This document shows positions 10,494 through 20,262 of a stretch of 64,000 nt of DNA, piece after piece. This DNA comes from Synechococcus sp. (GTDB lineage Bacteria; Cyanobacteriota; Cyanobacteriia; Thermostichales; PCC-7336). The stretch is from NCBI GenBank assembly GCA_051439605.1, contig JBFRWN010000017.1:32001-96000 (forward strand), given 5' to 3'. A model generated the notes under the pieces. That model saw only the letters and a program-made list of their open reading frames with translations. It made no database searches and had not been told where the DNA came from. The position numbers and the translations under genes were made by a program. How positions within the stretch are numbered: the stretch's first letter is position 1; the number at the start of each line of letters is the position of its first letter.

Positions 10494-11066
10494 TCAAGAG
10501 CGTCGAGAGAAGGGAGCATCAAAGCTCACGTTCCACTCGCCAAGCCATCGAAATGTTGGGTTTGCTTCTGTTCCCCTAACGCGTGCTTGAATGCGATAAA
10601 AACCGGGATCTTTCGGGTTGCGTACACCGGGAAGAACCACTCTCATTTCTTGCCCAGCTGCAACTGGTTGGGTTAGGACAACTTCTAGGACGTTAAATTC
10701 TTCAGACCAAGAAATTAAATCGGTCTCAACTGGCTCTCCTTCCACCTCAAAACGCGCGCGCTCGGGATTGATTGTGCCGTCAAATTTTGGTTCGAAACTG
10801 ACTAGAACTTCTGCAACAGCGACGTCTTGGGCTGGGATCGTTAGCTTGTAGCGATCGCGCTTGCGGGTAATTCCGTTATCGGTGCTGTGGCGCAGAATTT
10901 GATCGCGTTCGACCGGGCAAACGAGGCAGAAACCTGATTGGGCATTGGCTGCTTTGGGGCCAATGACTCTCAGACCAACTATTGTTGCACTGGCCCCTGC
11001 TATTAGTAGGCTAATGGCTGCGGCAGCAATAGATTTGGGTAAAAAACGCTGCATGGTTTCGTTCAC
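10494..11066 (-). CDS. DUF2808 family exported protein
   Basis: Signal-peptide-like N-terminus; PVAAGQEMRVVLPGVRNP...GFYRI...LGEW pattern typical of DUF2808. Confidence 0.7.
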   Translation of the reverse strand: MNETMQRFLPKSIAAAAISLLIAGASATIVGLRVIGPKAANAQSGFCLVCPVERDQILRHSTDNGITRKRDRYKLTIPAQDVAVAEVLVSFEPKFDGTINPERARFEVEGEPVETDLISWSEEFNVLEVVLTQPVAAGQEMRVVLPGVRNPKDPGFYRIQARVRGTEANPTFRWLGEWNVSFDAPFSRRS

Positions 11067-11131
11067 TCTCTTAACATAACAACGGAGCAGGCAAAGTTTT
11101 TTTATTGTAGGCGATCGATTCGGATGCAGTT

Positions 11132-12139
11132 ATGCCAGCAACCGCAATAGCCGCTGCTATCAAGCAGATGGCCCTCGAACAGGGGTTTCATAAGGTAGGG
11201 ATCGCTCGGTTAGACGATCCCCCAGACTTATCGGGTCTGTCGCGCTGGTTGTCGGCCGGGTTCCAGGCGGATATGGCTTGGATGGACAACTCCAAACGAT
11301 TTCAGCCAGAGCTGATTTTGCCGAGGGCGCGATCGCTATTGTGCGTAGCCCTCAATTACTACAGCCCCCAACCCCATAGCGATCGGCCGCAAACGGGCAA
11401 AATATCCCGCTACGCCTGGGGGCGTGATTACCATCGCGTATTGGGGAAACGCCTGAAGGCTCTCTCTGCTTGGATGGAGGCTAAATACGATTGCCGGACA
11501 CGACTTTATGTCGATACTGGCCCCATTGCTGAAAAACCTTGGGCCATGCAAGCAGGGTTGGGTTGGATTGGCAAAAATAGCTTGTTGCTAACCCGCGAAT
11601 ATGGCTCCTGGCTTTTTTTGGGGGAAATTCTCACCACTCTCGATTTACCGGCCGATCTCCCTCATACTTCCCATTGTGGAACCTGCACAAAGTGTTTGGA
11701 TGCTTGTCCCACTGCAGCGATTGTGGAACCAGGCGTGGTGGATTCCAACCGCTGCATTGCCTACCACACTCTAGAAAGCCGTACTGACGAGTTACCATCC
11801 CTCATCACCCAAGATCAGCAAAACTGGGTAGCGGGTTGTGACATTTGTCAGGACGTTTGTCCGTGGAACCAGCGCTTTGCTCAACCAACTACTATTGAGG
11901 ACCTATACCCTTACCCACAAAATGTTGCCCCCTCTTTAATTGACCTAGTTCAAAGCAATGAAGCGGACTTTAACAGACGCTTTCCGGCCTCCGCGCTACG
12001 GCGATTAAAACTCAAGCGCTTGCAGAGGAACGCTCGTGGAGCTTTGAAGGGTCAGCAGCGATCGTGGGGAACCGATCCAGCCAATCGCTCTCTGCACGAC
12101 AAATTCCCAGATAATAACACCCCAAACAGGAGTTCCTAA
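11132..12139 (+). CDS. queG: tRNA epoxyqueuosine reductase
   Basis: ISRYAWGRDYH, YVDTGP, AGLGWIGKN, CGTCTKCLDACPT, GCDICQDVCPWN. Confidence 0.96.
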   Translation: MPATAIAAAIKQMALEQGFHKVGIARLDDPPDLSGLSRWLSAGFQADMAWMDNSKRFQPELILPRARSLLCVALNYYSPQPHSDRPQTGKISRYAWGRDYHRVLGKRLKALSAWMEAKYDCRTRLYVDTGPIAEKPWAMQAGLGWIGKNSLLLTREYGSWLFLGEILTTLDLPADLPHTSHCGTCTKCLDACPTAAIVEPGVVDSNRCIAYHTLESRTDELPSLITQDQQNWVAGCDICQDVCPWNQRFAQPTTIEDLYPYPQNVAPSLIDLVQSNEADFNRRFPASALRRLKLKRLQRNARGALKGQQRSWGTDPANRSLHDKFPDNNTPNRSS

Positions 12140-12234
12140 ACGGCTGAAAGTGAGGGGAGGGAACTTCGATCGGACATACGCAAGTGGCCCCAGTTGGGGA
12201 ACAATAACCTGCGTAACTGACGGAAGAGAGCAAA

Positions 12235-12480
12235 ATGCCCAACAAGCCAGACGAATTCAACGTTCATATTCTGTTGGAAGGTGGCCATCGGGAAGAGGTA
12301 AGGGTAAGTGGCCCCCAGGAAGTCACTAAGCTGATGAATACCATTTTTGTTGGCGGGGGAGGGGAAGATTTTGTCCGACTGCCCAAACCTCTAGAGAATG
12401 AGTTTCTGATCGTCCGCCCTAGCCGCGTTTGTGGGGTTTCCGTTGAAGCTGTTTTTGCTTCTAGTGTGGGCTCTTACTAG
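12235..12480 (+). CDS. Small conserved cyanobacterial hypothetical protein
   Basis: 81-aa ORF with VHILLEGGHREEVR and IVRPSRV motifs; fills the gap after queG. Confidence 0.65.
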   Translation: MPNKPDEFNVHILLEGGHREEVRVSGPQEVTKLMNTIFVGGGGEDFVRLPKPLENEFLIVRPSRVCGVSVEAVFASSVGSY

Positions 12481-12698
12481 TTGCTCATGCCATGTGAGGG
12501 GCTCGAGTTTACCAGCCTGTCTGTTCAGTCCAATACAGTCGTGGACATCTCAATTTGGATGACCAACTCGATCGATACACCATATGTCCAATCCCGATCG
12601 GGATTTTGTCGGATGAAATGTTCTCAGCGGCTGTTAGGCAGTTGCACCCATGATGGTGTTGGGTCAGGGGGATGAGCAGTTAGAACGCTACTCAATAC

Positions 12699-12726
12699 AA
12701 AAAGCAGCTGTAGCAAGACAGCTGCT
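12699..12726 (-). terminator. Intrinsic terminator downstream of the ferredoxin gene
   Basis: AGCAGCTGT-AGCAAG-ACAGCTGCT with an A-run on its left. Confidence 0.7.
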
Positions 12727-12823
12727 GGAGGAGGTTTTATCCTTGCTTCGTGGGGTCGGACAGTATGGGTGATGGTAATGAACCGATACTCGAAATCTCT
12801 CGACGATCGTTATGTCTCACCGA

Positions 12824-13141
12824 TCAAAATTCAGAGATACGAGATTCCATGTGGGTTTCGATCACGCAGTCACTTTTGGGACGACCAATGCAGAGTAGAC
12901 GGAAACCTGCTGCCCGCTGATCCTTGTTAAAGAACATTTCGGGCTGACCGGCTGAATCGTCTACATCTCCTTCGATGACACGGCCAGTGCAGGCAGAGCA
13001 CGTGCCGGAACGACAGCTGTAGGGCAACTCAATTTCTTCATACTCGGCTGCATCTAGGATGTATTCATCTTCATCCACATCCTCCAATGTTTCATCTAGA
13101 CCGATCGCCTCGTTGATCAGTCGAACTTTATATTCGGCCAT
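12824..13141 (-). CDS. Plant-type 2Fe-2S ferredoxin
   Basis: LPYSCRSGTCSACTG...LLC cluster ligands; MAEYKVRL start with GGAG/GAGG upstream. Confidence 0.92.
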   Translation of the reverse strand: MAEYKVRLINEAIGLDETLEDVDEDEYILDAAEYEEIELPYSCRSGTCSACTGRVIEGDVDDSAGQPEMFFNKDQRAAGFRLLCIGRPKSDCVIETHMESRISEF

Positions 13142-13168
13142 TGACCTCAACTCCTGCAGAGGGTTTGT

Positions 13169-13343
13169 ACTGTGAGCTGGGGATAGGGCGTAACAGCTGC
13201 ATCGCTTGAACCTTTAGATGTTTGCATCCGTTAGCACCAGGGAGATGGAATTCCGCCCCTCCTTCGACTCAGTTCAAGGGAAACCAGATCTTGTGCGCAA
13301 CTACGGTTGTATGTCGAGTACGCACTGCATCCCCAGGTCAGTT
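13169..13343 (-). ncRNA. ssrS: 6S RNA (probable)
   Basis: ~175 nt on the minus strand. Closing stem CTGGGGAT/ATCCCCAG, internal CTTGAAC/GTTCAAG stem (as in known 6S RNAs), and a CTCGACATACAACC segment resembling cyanobacterial 6Sa. A -10 element TAGACT lies at 13349-13354. Confidence 0.75.
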
Positions 13344-14067
13344 CAACGAGTCTAAGTCCCTTTTATCGATCCCTGCAGCAGCTTTTTCATAAATTTTAGA
13401 AATCTGTGGGATTAGAAGTGAAATAGAAGCTTCAAGTTTTATGCGGCGATGGTTCTCTCGAAAGAGATCTCAATATTTATCCGTCTAAATCCGTTGAAAC
13501 TATAAAGATTGCCGAAGCGATCGTTATCTACTGACAAAGTTTTTCTATCTCTTTGAGACTGTGCTACCTGTTCACCTTGATTGTCTCCGCGATCGCTATA
13601 GAGGGATTATTTACCTGGGGGGTGACTTGGCGCATAGCTTCTTCCCCCATCCAGTTTGCCCGTTTAAGGCAATTAACCCGATAGATCAAATTGCGGGAAC
13701 TGGAATGTGAAAGAACGTTTGCTTGGATCGGAGATCCCATTGAAAAAAGTTTTAATGGAAAAGTGTCACTTAAAGTGAACCGTAGCTGTTGCCATCTTCG
13801 TTAGGACAGTAATATCCATGTCTCTTCTAGGGAGATTGGATAGCTGAGATCTCCTCTGCGACTTGACGATCGCTCCAACAATTACTCATTTTTGTCAGTG
13901 GTGGAATGGCAGGGGAAGGCGGTTTTGAGCCGGACGGTGTGGTGAGGGTCGACGGCTCCAGCAGAGCCATATTAAAAATAAACGTCACTCCCAAGTCCAG
14001 CCTGTGGATGGGTCTGCTGTCTCGTGGTGATTATTTTGAAAAGCGTTTATGTTGAGGGACTATCACT

Positions 14068-14742
14068 ATGGCCGGTCGGGCATTGAATCTTACCATTTCC
14101 ACCCTGTTGCTGGTGGGTTGGGGGACGAGTTGTTTTGCTTCATTCGCAATGGCTCAACTTCCCCTCGACCCAGAATGGCGGCCAGTGACTCCAAAGCCCC
14201 TTCCCTCTGATGAGCTACCGTTTACTTTGCAGACCCAAATACTTCTGCGGGCGGGGGATGCATTAGGAACTCGCTTCAGCGAAGCTGACACATTGTATTT
14301 CGATCCGCGGGAAACGCGGGCTGGGTCGCTGCAACTGCGGAACGATTTACGGGATGCGGTTGGCAACGTAGTGGTACCCGCTGGGGCGTTGGTGATCGGT
14401 CAATTTCGACCGGTGGGGGATGGTACCCACTTTGTGGCTGACTCGTTGTTGGTTGGCAACCAATCATTTCCATTGGCGGCCCAGAGTCAGACCATTGCCG
14501 CCCAGCGGGATCCTCGACAAACCTCCGCAGGGGCAATTGCCCAAGATGCAGCGATTGGGGCTGGCATTGGCCTTGTTTTGTCAGCGATTACGGGCGATCG
14601 CGCGATCGCTACCGAAGAAGTCTTGGGGGCGGCGGCCCTGGGGGCTGTTGTGGGCAATGTCACAGCTCCCCACGCGATCGCGATTTCTCCAGATACAGAG
14701 ATTAATTTGACGCTGACTGAAGACTTCCAGGCACAGTACTGA
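14068..14742 (+). CDS. Exported hypothetical protein with glycine-zipper segment
   Basis: Signal-like N-terminus; AAIGAGIGLVLSAITGDRAIATEEVLGAAALGAVVG. Confidence 0.7.
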   Translation: MAGRALNLTISTLLLVGWGTSCFASFAMAQLPLDPEWRPVTPKPLPSDELPFTLQTQILLRAGDALGTRFSEADTLYFDPRETRAGSLQLRNDLRDAVGNVVVPAGALVIGQFRPVGDGTHFVADSLLVGNQSFPLAAQSQTIAAQRDPRQTSAGAIAQDAAIGAGIGLVLSAITGDRAIATEEVLGAAALGAVVGNVTAPHAIAISPDTEINLTLTEDFQAQY

Positions 14743-14839
14743 TTCCATGCGTAGCAACGATGGGGGCGGGACTGGGCTTGGCGGCGACGGTTCCAAGTAT
14801 TGTCCCACCTGCGATCGTAAAGTTTCCCGTCAATCGGGT

Positions 14840-15652
14840 TTAGGAGCCTAAATCTAGTGACTCTAGTTGAACCCATCCAACGGCAGAGATCGCGTCCTCA
14901 GAGATTTTGAGATCGAGCAGCCTGACGAGAATGCCTCGATCCTCAAGCAGCGCAGCATCCAAGACACGACCGATGCCCCCTGCAAAGGCGTCGGCGATTT
15001 CCTCAGGAACCTCAGCATCGTTCAGCATCATGGCTGGTTCTTTCAGCAGCAGACGCTGTCCCTCTTCCACTATGATGCTGGTCGTGAAATCAATGTCTAA
15101 GGCTTGTTCGCCCAGTTCTGCGTCCTCCTCTGCGTCCCCCTCTGACTGCAACACTAGACGGGCCTTGAGCTGCAGCCGATTTTGGCCCAATAACTCGACG
15201 GTTGGGTTCTCTAAATCGAAGACTTCTGGCCCATCGCGATCGCCAAAAACTGGCACATTCGCTTCGATATCCTTAAAGTCCTCCAGGACCTCAGGGGACT
15301 GTAACGATGCGTTCAAATCGGTCTCAGTGAGTTCAAACCGCAGGGCTACCTGTAGGGGGCTATTGAGTTCGAGCGTGCCATTATTCAATCCCACCTGTAG
15401 TGGTTCGCTTTCCAGCTCTAGCAGTTGAATGCGGGGGTAAGGGGTGACTTCTAATCCTCGACCGGCCAGCAAAATGCGATCAATGCGTCCCCCTAAGAAC
15501 ATTGCGTTGGGGACGGACTGAATCCGCACTTCCAGTACCTCTGCTCGATCTAATTGCTCCATAAATGCATTTCTGGCTAGGCGATCGACTAGTAAACCTG
15601 CACTGCCCCCCAGCCCCGCCAGTATTGCTAAGAGTCCGGCAATAATTTCCAT
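14840..15652 (-). CDS. DUF2993 / LmeA-like protein
   Basis: N-terminal membrane anchor; GRIDRILLAGRG and LTETDLNASLQSPEV motifs. Confidence 0.7.
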   Translation of the reverse strand: MEIIAGLLAILAGLGGSAGLLVDRLARNAFMEQLDRAEVLEVRIQSVPNAMFLGGRIDRILLAGRGLEVTPYPRIQLLELESEPLQVGLNNGTLELNSPLQVALRFELTETDLNASLQSPEVLEDFKDIEANVPVFGDRDGPEVFDLENPTVELLGQNRLQLKARLVLQSEGDAEEDAELGEQALDIDFTTSIIVEEGQRLLLKEPAMMLNDAEVPEEIADAFAGGIGRVLDAALLEDRGILVRLLDLKISEDAISAVGWVQLESLDLGS

Positions 15653-15798
15653 TAGATACCTCCTCGTAGGGATTGGATTGACTGTCAAGTCGATAGAGAC
15701 TTGTGAGTGCCCAAAACCCTTTACAGGGCCTAGATCCGGTTGTTCTCACTGAAATACCTGTGGCTTGTAGATACCGGTGCCAGATCGGCCCTGCAATC

Positions 15799-18342
15799 TC
15801 ACATATCTACCCTATCGGGCTCTTTCACAATCGTCTCGAGCAGTTCGATCGCTTCAGGAAAATTTTGCTCTAACTGGGGATAAGAGCAGGTGTAGAGTAG
15901 GCAGTCGGTGACTGCAACGGCTCGCGCACAGGGGGTGAATAGTTGGGACAACACCTCTTCGCCAAATAGCTCTCCAGCATGCAGGGATGCCTGTCGTACT
16001 GGCATGCCGGTGGGGAGGGCACAACGATCGTCAAATAAAGCTACCGTCCCCTGAACGATGAAATAGAGATTCTGATTTTGCTGTTCTGGGTCGATGATGG
16101 TTTCTCCCGTCAGAACCTGTTGAGGGGAGAGCTGGTCCACTATCCGCTGAAACTCCGGTTGAGGAAGCCGCCGCAAGACTGTCATTTGTCGCAACATATC
16201 TGTCGGCCGCATATCTAGATTTGCCAGCGGTTGATGGGTTAGGCGGTAGCGTTTAACCTCCACATCGTGCTGTACCTCTCGCGCTACCATTGGGGGAATA
16301 TCCCCTTCTGCTTGTAAGCTTGCGAGAGCCATTAATTCTGAGTCGAGTGCGGCGGTGCGGGCCGTGCGCCGCTGGAGCAAAATGGCATACTCGGGGTAAG
16401 TTTCAGCCACTCTGTCCAGGTTGCGCATTGCCTCGACACTCATATCTCGATAGATGTTGCGGCAGGCGCTAACCTCGCTGTCGCTGGTTTCCGCCAATTC
16501 TTGATGTTGGTGTACCTCGCCAGCTACGTATGACGCCACATCAGCTATCGCAGCTTCGCACTCGTAGCGGGTTTTGAGCACCTGCAGGCGCTTGGCAGCG
16601 GCCAGGGCACTGGTAGGGGCGACTTGCTCAACGAGGCTGGCGATCGCCTCGGACAGCCTTAGATCGGGAGGAACCACGATCTCGGAGGGTGGGGGAATCT
16701 CTCCCCGTCTGACAGCGTCTCGTTTCAGATTGATGGTGAGCTGTAATTCTTGCATCACTGCTTCTGAAATGCCCCCTCGTTCGTAAACCTGGAGGAAAGC
16801 GGCTTGCTCCAAATTAAGGGCTTGTAGCCACAGCACTTGAATATCAATGCCCTGCTGCTTGTACAGGGGATCGGCCCGCAACCGTTCGAGCGTATCTCTT
16901 TGTTCTTGCACCTCCTGCTCGTACTGTTGTTTGAGGGAGTGCCGCAACCGTTGGGAAAAATGTCCCGGCTGCACGGTTTTGTTAATTTGCTTGAGGGCCG
17001 ACCGTTTGACAGCGAGGGTGGCTTGAGCTCGCAATACGCGATCGACCAGATCTGGAATATCTAACCCTAGGCGGTGAATCAGGCGCCCGATGGTAGAGCC
17101 GTTCACCAAGGCCGTGAAGAAAACCACCGATAGGGTGAGGCCCACGATGGTGCGGCGATCGAGGATCGCGGGGCTGAGGCTGAGGGCCAGAGCCACCCCG
17201 ATCGCTCCCCGCAATCCCCCCCAATACATGACCAATTGATAGCGCCAATCCACTTTGGGAGCTTTGGGAAGGCGATTGAGCAACAACGGGAACAGAACGG
17301 CGATGGTAATTCCTCGGGCAACCAGTACTGCCACAATTGCCACTGCTGCGTAACCCAACAGATCGCTCGTTGCCCCCATATCCCTCAAAACTTCTTCCGC
17401 CTTCAGTTCTCGGAGAAAGCCTGCCTGGGTCAGTCCTAGAAATAAGAAAATAAGGCTATTGGCCACGAAGGCAGCAAACTCCCAAAACTGGTGAATGCTG
17501 GTTTGAGCTTCGCGGGAATACCTCACATCCCGATACCAGCCCACTACCAAACCTGCCCCTACTACAGCCATCACCCCCGACACGTTTAAAAAGTCCTCAG
17601 CCGCAATGAATGCTAGGAATGCAGCAGTTATGGAAGTTGCCACTTGAACCATAGGATTGCCGCGTTCGAGGGGAATCAGCTTAATGGTCAGGTAGCCCAG
17701 CAGCAACCCCACCAGTCCTCCTCCGGTAAACACCACCAGAAAACTTTGAATTCCTTCGAAAACGGTGGCGAACGTAAATCCTGACGCAGTGCCAGTGTGA
17801 CTCAGCTCGATCTGGTACAAAATCAGATGGAATAGCACGATCGCTGTGGCATCGTTGAGCAGACTTTCTCCTTCCACCAAAATGGTCAGACGTTTGGGTG
17901 CTCCGAGCTCCTTGAATAGGGCGATGACTGCTACAGGATCGGTGGCTGATATCAACGCCCCGAACAACAGGGCTTGGGCGAGCGGTAGCGGAGCGAGCCA
18001 ATAGACCAGCCCCCCGACGATCCCCGTTGACATCAACAAACCGGGGATCGCCAGCAGCAGCACGGGCCCCAGATTTCGCAGCAACAGTCTGCTGTCCATA
18101 GTCAAAGCCGACTCGAACACCAAGATGGGAATAAACAGGAAGAAGATTTGCTCTTTTTGAGCCACCCCCAACCACTGCTCTCCCGTCATACCGGGGAGAA
18201 CCAAACCCAACAAGAGTCCCACGACTATCAAGCCAATGGTGTAAGGCACCCGCAAGCGCCGCAGGATGATTTCGGAGGCAATCGCAACAACGAGCAGCGC
18301 CACCACCAAAAGTTGGGCAACAAATAAGGGATCTTCTACCAT
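15799..18342 (-). CDS. CPA1 Na+/H+ antiporter with long cytoplasmic tail and C-terminal cNMP-binding-like domain
   Basis: ISATDPVAV, EGESLLNDATAIV, WGGLRGAI; C-terminal LYFIVQGTV...LHAGELFGE...ARAVAVTDC. Confidence 0.9.
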   Translation of the reverse strand: MVEDPLFVAQLLVVALLVVAIASEIILRRLRVPYTIGLIVVGLLLGLVLPGMTGEQWLGVAQKEQIFFLFIPILVFESALTMDSRLLLRNLGPVLLLAIPGLLMSTGIVGGLVYWLAPLPLAQALLFGALISATDPVAVIALFKELGAPKRLTILVEGESLLNDATAIVLFHLILYQIELSHTGTASGFTFATVFEGIQSFLVVFTGGGLVGLLLGYLTIKLIPLERGNPMVQVATSITAAFLAFIAAEDFLNVSGVMAVVGAGLVVGWYRDVRYSREAQTSIHQFWEFAAFVANSLIFLFLGLTQAGFLRELKAEEVLRDMGATSDLLGYAAVAIVAVLVARGITIAVLFPLLLNRLPKAPKVDWRYQLVMYWGGLRGAIGVALALSLSPAILDRRTIVGLTLSVVFFTALVNGSTIGRLIHRLGLDIPDLVDRVLRAQATLAVKRSALKQINKTVQPGHFSQRLRHSLKQQYEQEVQEQRDTLERLRADPLYKQQGIDIQVLWLQALNLEQAAFLQVYERGGISEAVMQELQLTINLKRDAVRRGEIPPPSEIVVPPDLRLSEAIASLVEQVAPTSALAAAKRLQVLKTRYECEAAIADVASYVAGEVHQHQELAETSDSEVSACRNIYRDMSVEAMRNLDRVAETYPEYAILLQRRTARTAALDSELMALASLQAEGDIPPMVAREVQHDVEVKRYRLTHQPLANLDMRPTDMLRQMTVLRRLPQPEFQRIVDQLSPQQVLTGETIIDPEQQNQNLYFIVQGTVALFDDRCALPTGMPVRQASLHAGELFGEEVLSQLFTPCARAVAVTDCLLYTCSYPQLEQNFPEAIELLETIVKEPDRVDM

Positions 18343-18558
18343 GGTCGCAACTCAACAGTGTGAAACGACTGGGACTAAATTATGCCGGGGACCAAACTTT
18401 GCTTGCAATCAAGCTTTGAAGGGAGAACTGCCACAGTTGAGAATCCTGTTTGAGCGCTACCCTGCAAGAGCATTATCGTTAGCCTACAGAAGACACATTC
18501 AGTAGTCCCGAGATTTTGCTGATAGAGGAAACTTCAAACCTCAGCCCTAAGACTAAGA

Positions 18559-20070
18559 ATGTTCGGCAGCACGAGTCATATGGTCGTCCCCAGTCCCAAT
18601 CCGCTCTTTCAGCTCAACTTCGACCCCGCATTGCAATCATTAGGTGCAGAGTTTTATGACCCAGTTAGCCCCGCTCATTTCCCACAACATCAGTTAAGGT
18701 GGCGCAATGACGCGCTGCTTCAGAAGTTAGGACTGGCTCCTGAACAGGTGAGCGATCGCCATTTCATCGCAGCCTTCGGCCAGTTTGAGGGACCGCAGCC
18801 CTGTCTCGCTCTGCGCTATCACGGCTATCAGTTTGGAGAATACAACCCCCGACTGGGAGATGGTCGCGGATTTGTGTACGGCCAAGTGCGAGGTACGGAT
18901 GGCGAACTGTATGACTTTGGCACCAAGGGATCGGGCAGAACCCCCTATTCCCGAGGGGGGGATGGGCGGCTGACCCTAAAAGGGGGGGTGCGAGAGGCAA
19001 TCGCCTCCGAAGCCCTGCATGCCTTGGGGGTGCGCACTTCTCGGTGCCTGAGCGCGATCGAAACGGGGGAATCCCTCTGGCGAGGGGACGAACCCTCCCC
19101 CACCCGTTCCTCAGTGATGGCGCGTTTTAGCCGATCGCACATTCGCTTTGGCACTTTCGAGCGGCTGCATCATATCAATCGGCCGGACCTTGCACGTCAG
19201 TTGCTTGACCACGTTGTTAAGCATTATTACTCACATTTAGTGGGCCAAGAAGATTGCTATTCCCGCTTTTACCTAGAGTTGGTGGAACGTACTGCCGAGT
19301 TGGCTGCCCAATGGATGGCGACAGGCTTTTGCCATGCAGTGCTCAATACCGACAACATGTCGATTACGGGGGAGAGTTTTGACTATGGCCCCTATGCCTT
19401 CCTGGGTCGCTACGATCCCAAGTTCACGGCTGCCTATTTTGACTATTGGGGACGTTACTCATATGCTAATCAACCCAGCATTTGTCGATTAAATCTTGAG
19501 GTTTTGCAGCGATCGCTAGACAAGCTGATTCCTCCAGGGGATATGGACGTGGCCCTGGCCCAATTCGACAGTCATTATCAGCGCAGCTATCGACAGCTCA
19601 TGCTGCGCAAGCTTGGCCTTGGCGAACTACCCCTGCCCACCGCTGCTGAGCTGGTACGGCTGACGCTGCAGCTGCTGAAGGTGACCACCACTGACTATGC
19701 CGATGTTTTTCACTCCTTGGTGGAGTCCTACCATCCCCAATGGTGTCAAGGGGAGGGGCAGCTGGGGATCGTGGACCGCTTAACGTTGCCTGATGAAGAC
19801 GCGCAGGAAGTTGCTCGTCAATGGCAGGACCAGTACAGCGCTGCACTGCAGCGGTTATCTCAGGAAGAATGGCCGCAGGTTGCAGCTCGGCTGCAGGGCT
19901 CAAATCTGGCGATCGTACCTACTCGACCGGTCATCGAAAGTGTATGGGAACCGATCGCAAGCGAAGACAATTGGCAGCCGTTCTATAAACTTATGCAAAC
20001 AATTCAGGCCTCCCCGCCGCTAGATGATGGTCTATCACCTGATGCGGGCAAGGTATTGGGTGCAAATTGA
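18559..20070 (+). CDS. SelO/YdiU family protein adenylyltransferase
   Basis: [49 protein letters not shown]. Confidence 0.92.
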   Translation: MFGSTSHMVVPSPNPLFQLNFDPALQSLGAEFYDPVSPAHFPQHQLRWRNDALLQKLGLAPEQVSDRHFIAAFGQFEGPQPCLALRYHGYQFGEYNPRLGDGRGFVYGQVRGTDGELYDFGTKGSGRTPYSRGGDGRLTLKGGVREAIASEALHALGVRTSRCLSAIETGESLWRGDEPSPTRSSVMARFSRSHIRFGTFERLHHINRPDLARQLLDHVVKHYYSHLVGQEDCYSRFYLELVERTAELAAQWMATGFCHAVLNTDNMSITGESFDYGPYAFLGRYDPKFTAAYFDYWGRYSYANQPSICRLNLEVLQRSLDKLIPPGDMDVALAQFDSHYQRSYRQLMLRKLGLGELPLPTAAELVRLTLQLLKVTTTDYADVFHSLVESYHPQWCQGEGQLGIVDRLTLPDEDAQEVARQWQDQYSAALQRLSQEEWPQVAARLQGSNLAIVPTRPVIESVWEPIASEDNWQPFYKLMQTIQASPPLDDGLSPDAGKVLGAN

Positions 20071-20262
20071 CCGTTCTCGGGGTGTCTATTTCAAGTGATG
20101 GTCGCCTCGATCGCAGCCATGGTTAGCTGCAAACTACCGTGCCGCACGCTGTATTCAAGGTTTGGAGGAGCTAGCAAATCGCATTCCTATGGGGGGCATC
20201 AGACCCAATTTAATTAACTCTATGGATGACTGCTATTTGCTTTTAGGCGCGAGCCCAAGAAT

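Noticed and set aside
17681..18355. 224-aa alternative-frame ORF overlapping the antiporter
   Set aside because: Arg/Ser-rich frame artefact within a well-supported gene
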